Shown here in pieces: positions 33,775-43,096 of a stretch of 64,000 nt of DNA; the first letter of the stretch is position 1, and every line of letters begins with the position of its first letter. The notes beneath the pieces were generated by a model that ran no database searches, was not told where the DNA came from, and saw only the letters and a list, made by a program, of their open reading frames with translations. The position numbers were made by a program, and so were the translations under genes. This DNA is from Ignavibacteriota bacterium (GTDB taxonomy: Bacteria; Bacteroidota; Ignavibacteria; UBA10030): positions 256,001 to 320,000 of the forward strand of contig CAVSHO010000009.1 in the NCBI GenBank assembly GCA_963727825.1. Reading direction: 5' to 3'.

Positions 33775-35178
33775 ATGAACTCTTCTTCCGATCTTCCCGT
33801 TCTTAGCCCTGAATTCCGTAAGCAACGCATCATCAATTGGATGTCGCTTGGAGTTCTGTACGCATTCTTCTATATGACGCGTTACAATTACACCGCAGTC
33901 GCCCCCGCTCTGGCGGATTTACTCGGTTGGAAGAATACGGATCTTGGCGTATTCGAAACGATCATGCCGCTTGTGTATGGACTTTCCGTTGTTTTGAATG
34001 GCCCTTTCGCTGATCGAATCGGCGGGAAAAAAGCATTTCTCTTCGGAGCCATTGGTGTTGCAATTATGAACTTTCTGTTCGGCCTTGCGAGTCTCGCTGT
34101 TATTTCTCCGGCGGTCTGGGAAGGAATCGGAATGGCACGCCATGTCATCATTCCTGCTTCTCTTAAATTCGGATTATCAGGCGGAATGATTCTTACGCTT
34201 ATGGCAATTGTCTGGGGATTGAATGGATTCTTCCAATCGTTCGGCGCGCTTTCGATTGTGAAAGTTAACGCTCAATGGTTCAACGTCCGAGAGCGGGGCA
34301 CATTTGCTGGAATTTTCGGTGTGCTGATTCGCTTGGGATTACTATTAGCATTTCAGGGTGTGCCGCTTATTTTACTTTTTTTCCCGTGGCAGTATGCGTT
34401 TTGGATTCCAGGTGCGTGCGTATTGGTACTCTTTGTCATCAACTATTATTTTATGTTCAATTCGCCTAAAGATGCGGGATTGGGTGACTTTGAAACTGGT
34501 GACGATCCAGAAGACAGCGATGGCAAACCGTCGTCTCTTAAATATGTTCTTAGCAGGGTTTTTGCATCACGCATTATGTGGATGATTGCACTTGGTTCAA
34601 TGATGATTGGTTTCGTGCGCCGGAGTGTAGTGGATGCCTGGTGGCCAAAATATTTTGTGGATTTCTATGGCGCAGACAAAGCGCACTTCGCGACTTATCT
34701 TCCATACATAATTGCGACGTGGGGAATTGCGATCGCCGGTATCGCAGGCGGGTTTGTGTTCGGTATCGCTTCAGACCGCACCTTCGGCGGACGGCGCGGA
34801 CCGGTAATTACATTCGGATTCATCGGGATGGCAATAATTCTCGCTCTCTTTGGTATATCAGATATTCTCAACTTTGGCCCTGTGATGGCAGCGTGCTGCA
34901 TTGTGCTTCTCTCATTCTGTGTAAACGGTGCGCATGGAATGATTGGCGGTGCAGCATCGATGGACTTCGGTGGGAAAAAAGCTGTGGCAACAGCTGCCGG
35001 ATTATTCGATGGAATGCAATACCTTGCCGGCGCATTTGTTGGAATAGGTGTCGGTTATATCACTACAAACTGGGGCTGGGAAGCGTGGCATTGGGCGCCA
35101 ATTCCATTTGCACTTATCGGCGCTTATGTAATGTCGCGTCTGTGGAACGTGATGCCGAAAGGGAGAAGCGGACATTAA
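33775..35178 (+). CDS. MFS transporter, organophosphate:Pi antiporter (GlpT/UhpT-like)
   Basis: YAFFYMTRYNY, NGPFADRIGG, WFNVRERG, ASDRTFGGRRGP, TAAGLFDG. Confidence 0.82.
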   Translation: MNSSSDLPVLSPEFRKQRIINWMSLGVLYAFFYMTRYNYTAVAPALADLLGWKNTDLGVFETIMPLVYGLSVVLNGPFADRIGGKKAFLFGAIGVAIMNFLFGLASLAVISPAVWEGIGMARHVIIPASLKFGLSGGMILTLMAIVWGLNGFFQSFGALSIVKVNAQWFNVRERGTFAGIFGVLIRLGLLLAFQGVPLILLFFPWQYAFWIPGACVLVLFVINYYFMFNSPKDAGLGDFETGDDPEDSDGKPSSLKYVLSRVFASRIMWMIALGSMMIGFVRRSVVDAWWPKYFVDFYGADKAHFATYLPYIIATWGIAIAGIAGGFVFGIASDRTFGGRRGPVITFGFIGMAIILALFGISDILNFGPVMAACCIVLLSFCVNGAHGMIGGAASMDFGGKKAVATAAGLFDGMQYLAGAFVGIGVGYITTNWGWEAWHWAPIPFALIGAYVMSRLWNVMPKGRSGH

Positions 35179-35184
35179 TCAAGG

Positions 35185-35339
35185 AATCCGGTCACCGACC
35201 GGATTAAATTATAATCAATCCTTTTTTAAAATCTATATCAATCCGATTTGATAATCGGATGCTACAATATTGAATGAATATGTAGAATCCAGTCACCGAC
35301 TGGATTCCATAATCATCCGATCTAATGATCGGATTCTAC
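35185..35339. repeat. Two tandem REP doublets (GTAG-anchored)
   Basis: aatccggtc-acc-gaccggatt with atccgatt-tgat-aatcggatgctaca; tgtagaatccagtc-acc-gactggattc with atccgatc-taat-gatcggattctac. Confidence 0.8.
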
Positions 35340-35349
35340 TCAACGGATT

Positions 35350-36060
35350 TTATTTCTGCAAACTCCATAGTTTCTTCGTTACACGCTCAAGCTCGGGAGC
35401 GATGAGTGCCGGATCCATTGTCTTCTCCGGCATGTTCTCAAATGCACAATATGGAATCTTGTGTCCCTTCACTTCGATGAAATTTGGATCATTCGCTATC
35501 AATTGTTCCCAATCGTTTGTCTTGTAATAGAATTCCATCTTCTCATCCGGTAAAGAATGATAGAGAATAGAATCTTCCTGACCGGGCCGTGCACGTCTGC
35601 GATTCTTGCGGACAGATTCTTCATACGGTACTTTGATATACATCAGCGATGCTTTGCTGAGCATCTCGTCCGAAAGAAATGTCAATGCATGATGAATAGC
35701 ATTTTCACCTCCTCGTGCGAATTCCACAAGTGTTGTCATCTTATCATGATATGCTGGGTCTTTCAATACTTTCTTTTTGTAATCCAGCGCTATACGATCC
35801 ATATACAAATCCCAGATATATTGATCCTTGAACCAATACTTTTCGTCGCTCCAGATACGCGGCTTGCTGAATCGCGTCATCAAATCATCTAATTCAAATG
35901 TCTCCCACACATAAACGAAATCATCAAGTTCCTCAAAGTTGGCAATGTGAAATTTTTCCAACCGTACAATTGGATCGCATTTTTTTAGAAAGTCTATGAC
36001 TTCAGATTTACCGGCAGCCGGTCGCCCGGTAATAATCAGGATAGGAAAATGTTGATTCAT
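35350..36060 (-). CDS. Uncharacterised P-loop protein, nucleoside/nucleotide kinase-like fold
   Basis: IITGRPAAGKS Walker A at N-terminus, VEFARG, lid-like ESVRKNRRR. Confidence 0.7.
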   Translation of the reverse strand: MNQHFPILIITGRPAAGKSEVIDFLKKCDPIVRLEKFHIANFEELDDFVYVWETFELDDLMTRFSKPRIWSDEKYWFKDQYIWDLYMDRIALDYKKKVLKDPAYHDKMTTLVEFARGGENAIHHALTFLSDEMLSKASLMYIKVPYEESVRKNRRRARPGQEDSILYHSLPDEKMEFYYKTNDWEQLIANDPNFIEVKGHKIPYCAFENMPEKTMDPALIAPELERVTKKLWSLQK

Positions 36061-36080
36061 GATTGTTCCTTTTAATATCT

Positions 36081-37595
36081 TTATTTCACTTCTTTGATGC
36101 GGTATTCGATCTCGGAGGAGATTTCTTTCATCGCCCGGACTTTTGTTTCGATAGCCGAGAAAACAGTTTGATCAAGTACTGTAAGCTTTGATGGCTTTAA
36201 TCCAAAATATTTTTGGGACTCTCCCATCATATAATCGCTCGCAACACCGGTATAGATTTTCGATTCCTGCAGTGGTTTTCCGTTCACTAAGAATTTCTGG
36301 AAATCGATTTCTCCGTTCTCCTTTTTCTTCCATTCGCACTGAATGCCTGAGGTCTGGACACCACCTTGTTCCTTAATGATGAATTCAACCATCAACCGAA
36401 TCTGTTTTGCTGTTAAAGGGAATGTTGTGAGTAAATTTCTGAACGGCAGGATCTCAAAAATATCCCTCTTTGTGATCTGCCCTGCTGAAAGGTCTTTTCG
36501 AATGCCGGAGGAATTCATAAATGATACATCCGCATTGACTGCTTCACGTTGTGCATCGGCAATAAAGTTGCCAATACCGCTTTCACCATGCCCTCTCTTC
36601 CAATCGGTCTTTAGTGTAGCAATGACTTTTGAATAGTCCTGATCTATTACTGATTTCATAGAGTCAATAAAAGCAGAAAGCTCCGTCTTTGGTCTGGTAG
36701 CATTGTACCATAGTTGGACAAGGTTCCCATCGTACAAAATCACATGATGTTTTTCTACCTTTAAATCGAGAACGCCAAGATTTTCACAATTTGATCCAGT
36801 TTGTACGATGAGTACACCATTGATATTTTTTGGATGACTAAGCCGCGTATGCGAATGTCCGCCGACAATTAAATCTAAACCTTGCACATTCATCGCCAAA
36901 ATTGAATCTGCATCTACACCTTCGTGAGTGAGCGCAATCAGCAAATCTGTTTGAGGATTAAGCAATGCAATAAGCCGCTTCACAGTCTCAATCGATGGAA
37001 GGATTTTGATACCTGCAGCTGCTGTTTTGGTTGACGAGATTGTAGAAGTCATCAGACATTATGCCGATAATGCCGATCTTCAATCCATTTTTCTCGATGA
37101 TGATATATTCCTTATTGTTGACGGGAAATTGGTTTAACGTATCGAGAATATTGGCAGAGATTGTAGGAAACTTTGCAACGCTTTGTCAGCTTACGAAGAT
37201 TATGCCACTGAAATATCAAAATCATGATTGCCCGGCGTCCACAGCTCATAGCCAATGCGATTCATCATTTCAAACAACGCCCCACCTTCAGCGCCATCGT
37301 ATGTATATTCTGTGATCGGATTTCCAGTCATCACATCGCCGGCATCAAGCAATAGGGTTGTGGACTTAACGCGGCGCAAGCTGTCAACGACAAACGAGAG
37401 TTCATTAAATCCACCTACAAGAGGTTTGGGATTATCCTTCACCCAAAATGCTTCATGCGGAATAAAACTCGCGTGGATATCGTTGGTATGTAAAATAGTA
37501 ATCGTTTTCGGCTGGCAAAACGAAACCGTCAGTGACGTCAATAAAATGATCATCTGTAGCATGATCCTTGTGAACCGCTGTACTGATGTTTTCAT
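36081..37595 (-). CDS. Secreted bifunctional metallophosphatase/5'-nucleotidase (frameshifts near 37050 and 37190)
   Basis: ILHTNDIH, LDAGD, GNHDFD, LTHEG, VGGHSH, MNSSGIR, EILPFRN across three ORF pieces. Confidence 0.88.
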
Positions 37596-37704
37596 AAATA
37601 ATCCTGTTATGTGATAAGAATTGTTGCGGGCAAGATACAGATAAAAAACATCTTTCGGAATAGCTCATGCTGCTATTTATAGTAATTATTCCATTTTTAT
37701 CAAC

Positions 37705-37734
37705 AAAAAAAAGGGCGAATCGTGCGATTCGCCC
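37705..37734 (-). terminator. Intrinsic terminator of trpB2
   Basis: gggcgaatcg-tg-cgattcgccc followed by U8 on the minus strand. Confidence 0.8.
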
Positions 37735-37762
37735 CCTTCTGAAAAATTATCTATTTAGTGTT

Positions 37763-39076
37763 TTATTTCCCATTGCCATTTCCGTTGCCAAGTTTACCGG
37801 CAAAGTACGCATCGTAAGCGCTCATATCGAAATGTCCATGACCGCTTAGATTAAAGAGAATATTTTTTTTCGTTCCTTCAACTTTAGCTTTCTTTGCTTC
37901 CTCAATTGCCGACTTGATAGCATGTGATGATTCCGGTGCGGGAATGATTCCCTCGGTTTGGGCGAATAGCACACCCGCTTCGAAGACTTCCATTTGATTA
38001 TATGCCTGAGCTTCGATCAACTTTTCATGATATAATTTGCTGATAATCGGCGACATCCCGTGGTACCGGAGTCCACCCGCATGAATGGAAGGAGGTATAA
38101 AATCATGACCAAGGGTATACATCTTGACCATAGGCGCCATACCGGCGACATCGCCTAAATCGTACCGATATTCCCCCTTTGTCATTGAGGGACAAGAAGT
38201 CGGTTCGACGGCAATCCCTCGTACCTTTTTTCCTTCGAGTTTATCTTTGATGAAAGGCAGTACAATTCCGCCAAAATTGGATCCGCCGCCGACACATCCT
38301 ATAACGATATCGGGATATACACCTGCTTTTTCTAATTGCTTCTTCGCTTCCAATCCAATTATCGTTTGATGTAATAACACATGATTGAGCACACTCCCAA
38401 GTGAGTATTTCGTATCATCACGTCCAACAGCATCTTCAACCGCTTCGCTGATTGCTAAACCAAGACTGCCGGTACATTTCGGATCTTTTGCCAATGCATC
38501 GCGCCCTGCTTTAGTATCTGTACTTGGACTTGCAACTACTTCTGCTCCCCAAGTATGAATCATTGAGCGGCGATACGGTTTTTGTTCGTAACTCACTTTC
38601 ACCATATAAACCTTACACTGCAAACCAAACATCTTGCACGCAAGTGCAAGTGCACTTCCCCATTGTCCAGCTCCTGTTTCTGTGGCAATACGTTTTACCC
38701 CCTCCTTTTTATTGAAGTACGCCTGAGCAAGCGCTGTGTTTAGCTTATGACTTCCTGCAGGGCTAACACCTTCGTACTTGTAATATATCTGAGCAGGTGT
38801 ATCGAGTGCCTTTTCAAGATCCAGGGCGCGAATAAGAGGAGTTGGACGAAATGTTGCATACGCACTCCGCACTTCATCCGGGATTTCTATGAAGCGTTCC
38901 GCGCTTACTTCCTGCTTGATTAATTCCATAGGGAATATTGGGGCAAGATCTTGTGGACCAATCGGCTGTTTAGTACCTGGATGTAAAGGCGGATCTAATG
39001 GAGTAGGTAAATCGGCTGCAATATTATAATAGTGTGTCGGGATTTCGCTCTCTTCGAGCATAAATTTACGTGGCAT
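37763..39076 (-). CDS. trpB2: Tryptophan synthase beta chain type 2 (stand-alone TrpB2)
   Basis: [64 protein letters not shown]. Confidence 0.94.
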   Translation of the reverse strand: MPRKFMLEESEIPTHYYNIAADLPTPLDPPLHPGTKQPIGPQDLAPIFPMELIKQEVSAERFIEIPDEVRSAYATFRPTPLIRALDLEKALDTPAQIYYKYEGVSPAGSHKLNTALAQAYFNKKEGVKRIATETGAGQWGSALALACKMFGLQCKVYMVKVSYEQKPYRRSMIHTWGAEVVASPSTDTKAGRDALAKDPKCTGSLGLAISEAVEDAVGRDDTKYSLGSVLNHVLLHQTIIGLEAKKQLEKAGVYPDIVIGCVGGGSNFGGIVLPFIKDKLEGKKVRGIAVEPTSCPSMTKGEYRYDLGDVAGMAPMVKMYTLGHDFIPPSIHAGGLRYHGMSPIISKLYHEKLIEAQAYNQMEVFEAGVLFAQTEGIIPAPESSHAIKSAIEEAKKAKVEGTKKNILFNLSGHGHFDMSAYDAYFAGKLGNGNGNGK

Positions 39077-39168
39077 AATGACCTCCGTGTTATTGATTAT
39101 TGATTTTATTTATGTGATTTAAAATTGTGAACAGAGGTTCCCACGATAAATCGATTCGGCAAAAAACG

Positions 39169-39206
39169 AAAAAAGTGGGAACGCACTAGTCCGCGTTTCC
39201 ACCTTT
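39169..39206 (-). terminator. Attenuator terminator upstream of trpB2
   Basis: Minus strand GTGGAAACGC-ggactagt-GCGTTCCCAC-TTTTTT; 5' arm can alternatively pair with AGTCCGCGCTTCC in the leader ORF. Confidence 0.8.
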
Positions 39207-39229
39207 GCTGGGTAATCGATGTAAATGAG

Positions 39230-39310
39230 CTACCTCAGAGGAAGCGCGGACTTTATCCAGCGCCACCACCAAGCCTGTTGCTGACTGCGATATTGCACTT
39301 CATTGCTCAT
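39230..39310 (-). CDS. trpL: Trp leader peptide MSNEVQYRSQQQAWWWRWIKSALPLR
   Basis: 26-codon ORF with four TGG within five codons, upstream of trpB2 and overlapping the antiterminator. Confidence 0.88.
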   Translation of the reverse strand: MSNEVQYRSQQQAWWWRWIKSALPLR

Positions 39311-39319
39311 TCTGGAATT

Positions 39320-39348
39320 AGAATAAGAAATCTTTGAAAAAAAGTCAA
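39320..39348 (-). promoter_or_regulatory. sigma70 promoter of trpL-trpB2
   Basis: TTGACT, 17 bp, TATTCT, 9 nt before the leader ATG. Confidence 0.65.
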
Positions 39349-39431
39349 GACACATTAAAAAATATCTTTGTTAAGGTGTTCCTGCAAACATAAGAGCTCA
39401 GAAAATAAAAAAATATTAATTCGGCAATATA

Positions 39432-39481
39432 TTGACAAGGAAGAAATTGTTTATTATTGTTGAACGGTGATTCATTATTCA
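39432..39481 (+). promoter_or_regulatory. sigma70 promoter plus candidate TetR operator
   Basis: TTGACA-17-TATTGT followed directly by imperfect palindrome TGAAcggTGAtTCAttaTTCA. Confidence 0.55.
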
Positions 39482-39495
39482 TAAGGAAAGAAAAA

Positions 39496-40080
39496 ATGCG
39501 GAAACGCAAAGGAAACAAAGAACAAGCTATCTTAGACGCAGCGGTGAAGGTGTTTGCCCAGCATGGATATCACCGTGCTAAAATATCATCTATAGCGGAT
39601 TATGCCGGTGTTGCTACCGGTAGTGTTTATCTCTACTACAAAAATAAAGAAGGTATCTTGCTCACAATTTTTGACCGGTTATGGACTGAGTTGACTAATG
39701 GATTACGAATAATTGTAAAACGTTCAGACGTCGACCCATCGCAAAAACTCGATCTCGTGATCGACAAATTATTTGATCTCTTCATTGCCAATCCCGCACT
39801 CGCCTCTGTATTCGTTAATGAACAACATCATCTTATTAAAGATAAACGCGGGAATGTTGCCAAGCAGTACGACGATTTTCTCGATCTTGCTGAAGAAATT
39901 ATCCGCGAAGGCGTACGCAAAAACAAGTTTAATGCTGATGTCGATATTAAATTGTTCCGTCATTTTATTACCGGCGGTTTACGAAGTGTGCTTCGACAGT
40001 GGTCGGAACAATCACAGACCCTCACGCTGCACCGGCTGCGGCAGAACGTAAAGTACTTCATCAAACACGGTCTCCTTTAA
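39496..40080 (+). CDS. TetR/AcrR-family transcriptional regulator
   Basis: ILDAAVKVFAQHGYH...IADYAGVATGSVYLYYKNKE HTH. Confidence 0.93.
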   Translation: MRKRKGNKEQAILDAAVKVFAQHGYHRAKISSIADYAGVATGSVYLYYKNKEGILLTIFDRLWTELTNGLRIIVKRSDVDPSQKLDLVIDKLFDLFIANPALASVFVNEQHHLIKDKRGNVAKQYDDFLDLAEEIIREGVRKNKFNADVDIKLFRHFITGGLRSVLRQWSEQSQTLTLHRLRQNVKYFIKHGLL

Positions 40081-40243
40081 TTTTTTCCTCTAAATAGCAG
40101 ATCAATCAAAATTAGAAAAATCTTATTGATTTTTTAGCAATTATAATGCAACTTAGTAAAGTATAAACGATGGAGATGTTTTTCCGTCGTTTATTTATTT
40201 CAGCATCATTGACAATCAATCTATTCACATTATAGGATTTAAA

Positions 40244-42799
40244 ATGAATACCCTGCGCAATTTATTTGTCAATTCTTCGAAGACGACACGCCGCAATTAT
40301 CTTATTGCGATGATGATCTTCTTCGTTGCCGCGTATGTCTTTATGCCATACACCGGCTATACTCAGAGCACCGAACAAGCGGTTGCTCAAGAATCATTTC
40401 ACCCATTTGCTCTTTTCAGTAGTGAGAGCAATTTCCAGCCAATTGAAATCTATGGACTTCTGACAGTACTAGGCATCGCCATTGCCGGTTTGCTTTATGC
40501 ACTTATGCTCGTAAAGCAAGTGCGTAAAGCTGACCAAGGCACAAAGAAAATGCAGGAAATTGCTGCCGCTGTCCGTGAAGGCGCTAATGCGTATCTTAAA
40601 GCTCAATTCAAAAAAATCGGGCCATTGATTATTATCATCACACTGTTCCTATATTTCACGTACACAGGAACAATCGACGCATTCCGCTGGGGACGTTCAG
40701 GCGCGTTCCTTGTCGGTTCCATTTTTAGCTTCTTAGTCGGTTTTGTCGGAATGCGCCTTGCTACGCAGGGCAACCTTCGTGTTGCAACAGCTGCAAAACG
40801 CAGCTATGGCGAAGCGCTTCAACTCGGCTACCGCACAGGAACCATCACCGGTATGCTTACAGACGGCCTGGGTTTACTTGGCGGAACATTGATCTTTATG
40901 CTGTTCGGTGAACACGCATACGAAGCTCTATTAGGATTTGGTTTCGGTGGGACACTCATCGCATTGTTTATGCGCGTTGGCGGTGGTATCTACACGAAAG
41001 CCGCAGACGTCGGTGCCGATCTCGTCGGTAAGATTGAAAAAGATATTCCCGAAGATGATCCGCGCAACGCGGCCACAATTGCCGATAACGTTGGCGATAA
41101 CGTCGGCGATTGCGCCGGTATGGCAGCAGATATTTTTGAAAGCTATGAAGTCACTATCGTTGCCGCGATGATTCTCGGTATGGCAAGCTTTGGACACAAG
41201 GGTGTTATTTTCCCGCTGCTCGTTCGCGGTATTGGCGTTCTTGGTTCCATCATTAGCACTTACACGGTGAAAGCCGGTGCCGATGACACTTCAGATACAG
41301 CTCTGAAAAGCGTTCATCGCGGATTCTGGATCGGTTCAATCATCAGTATTGCTGGTTTTGTCGGACTCGGATTCGGCTATCTCTATTTTGATGCCGCATA
41401 CCTTGCGAGCAACCCAACAGCCGTCGCAGGATTTTTTCATGCCGATGGCACAGCAATTTCTCTTCCCTGGATTGCAAATTTTGGCATCCCGAATCTTGAT
41501 CTGCGCCCTGCCCTAACTTGCATGATCGGTATTTTCCTTGCCGTTGCATTGAATAAGGTCACAAGTTATTATACGCATACAAGCCATGCCCCCGTGAAAG
41601 GTCTTGCAAAAGCTTGCACCACAGGACATGCAACAAACATTATTCAAGGAATTGCACTCGGTTATGAAAGCACTGTTGCTGCAATTGTTGTTATTGCCGT
41701 TGCAATTTTCCTCTCCGTGCTCGTATATGCCGGAACTCCTCCTCTCTTCATCGCCTATGGCGTTGCCATGACCGGTATCGGAATGTTGACTCTCACAGGC
41801 AACACTATTTCGATGGACGTATTCGGACCAGTAGCAGACAATGCAAATGGTATCGGCGAAATGGGTTATGACAAAAACGAGATGGAAAAAGAAAAACCGG
41901 GCAGTTACAAACGCGCCCGCCAGATCCTTGCCGATCTCGATGCAGTCGGTAATACGACGAAAGCTGAAACCAAAGGCATCGCAATCGGTTCTGCCGTTAT
42001 CGCGGCGGTCTCGTTGTTTGCAAGTTTCATCGCCGTAATTGCAGTCGGTAGTGAAGATAAAATTAACCTGATGAAGATTTCACAGTATTTCGAACAAGCA
42101 GGAAAGATCACTGTTGCAGATCCAACCGTGTTTATTGGATTCATGATTGGCGGCGCAGTGCCGTTCCTCTTCAGCGGAATGCTAATTCGCGCAGTCGGTC
42201 GTGCTGCATTCTGGATTGTAAAAGAATGCCGCATCCAATTCCACGATCCTGAAATCTGGAAAGGCACCAAGAAACCGGATTACGGCCGTGTAGTCGATAT
42301 TTGTACAAATACTGCTCAGAAAGAACTCATTGGACCGGGCCTTCTTGCTATTATGACTCCAATTCTTGTCGGATTTATACTTGGACCGTACGCACTCGGC
42401 GGATTCCTTGCCGGTACGATCCTTGTCGGCCAGCTGCTTGCTGTATTTATGGCAAACGCCGGCGGTGCATGGGATAATGCTAAGAAAATGATTGAAGATG
42501 GATTGTATGGCGGTAAAGGTTCAGAGGCACACAAAGCCGCTGTTACCGGAGATACCGTTGGCGATCCATTGAAAGACACTGCGGGACCTGCGCTTAACCC
42601 GTTAATCAAGGTTATGAACATGGTCAGTTTGCTCACACTGGGGTTAGTGCTTAAATTCAACATTACGAAGCCAAATATTTCTGGGACTGATTTGCTAACC
42701 GGTATCGTTGTTGCTGTCGTTGCCGCGGCTGCTATTGGCTGGGCAATTTATCAAAGCAAAAAAGAATCGGGCGATCTTGTTGCAGAAGAAACAAAGTAA
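40244..42799 (+). CDS. hppA: Membrane-bound ion-translocating pyrophosphatase
   Basis: GGGIYTKAADVGADLVGKIE, EDDPRN, DNVGDNVGD, GNTTKA, GGAWDNAKK, GDTVGDPLKDTAGP. Confidence 0.96.
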   Translation: MNTLRNLFVNSSKTTRRNYLIAMMIFFVAAYVFMPYTGYTQSTEQAVAQESFHPFALFSSESNFQPIEIYGLLTVLGIAIAGLLYALMLVKQVRKADQGTKKMQEIAAAVREGANAYLKAQFKKIGPLIIIITLFLYFTYTGTIDAFRWGRSGAFLVGSIFSFLVGFVGMRLATQGNLRVATAAKRSYGEALQLGYRTGTITGMLTDGLGLLGGTLIFMLFGEHAYEALLGFGFGGTLIALFMRVGGGIYTKAADVGADLVGKIEKDIPEDDPRNAATIADNVGDNVGDCAGMAADIFESYEVTIVAAMILGMASFGHKGVIFPLLVRGIGVLGSIISTYTVKAGADDTSDTALKSVHRGFWIGSIISIAGFVGLGFGYLYFDAAYLASNPTAVAGFFHADGTAISLPWIANFGIPNLDLRPALTCMIGIFLAVALNKVTSYYTHTSHAPVKGLAKACTTGHATNIIQGIALGYESTVAAIVVIAVAIFLSVLVYAGTPPLFIAYGVAMTGIGMLTLTGNTISMDVFGPVADNANGIGEMGYDKNEMEKEKPGSYKRARQILADLDAVGNTTKAETKGIAIGSAVIAAVSLFASFIAVIAVGSEDKINLMKISQYFEQAGKITVADPTVFIGFMIGGAVPFLFSGMLIRAVGRAAFWIVKECRIQFHDPEIWKGTKKPDYGRVVDICTNTAQKELIGPGLLAIMTPILVGFILGPYALGGFLAGTILVGQLLAVFMANAGGAWDNAKKMIEDGLYGGKGSEAHKAAVTGDTVGDPLKDTAGPALNPLIKVMNMVSLLTLGLVLKFNITKPNISGTDLLTGIVVAVVAAAAIGWAIYQSKKESGDLVAEETK

Positions 42800-42825
42800 C
42801 ATCTGATTCTTGAAGTCTTTTTCAC

Positions 42826-42857
42826 AAGCCCAATTGAGCAATCAGTTGGGCTTTTTT
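42826..42857 (+). terminator. Intrinsic terminator of hppA
   Basis: aagcccaattga-gcaa-tcagttgggctt-tttt. Confidence 0.8.
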
Positions 42858-43096
42858 GTTGCACTGATTCTGTATAAATTGCTGAAAGACTTTTTATTTG
42901 TAAACCCCTTCTATTCATCTAATTCGTCAGGACTACTTGAAAGTCTCATCTATTAATGGGATATTCAATCAAAGTTTTTAGATGCTCGCGAGTTCATAAA
43001 GGGGAATTTCATTCTACTTGCGGGGCAATCCAAAGCACAGGCGTATCATTGTTCCAATCCAATTCATCAATATTCAACATCGTAAGGAGTACACTT

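Noticed and set aside
35185-35339. CRISPR array
   Set aside because: Alternating palindromes with irregular spacing, only two units, no cas genes; REP-like instead
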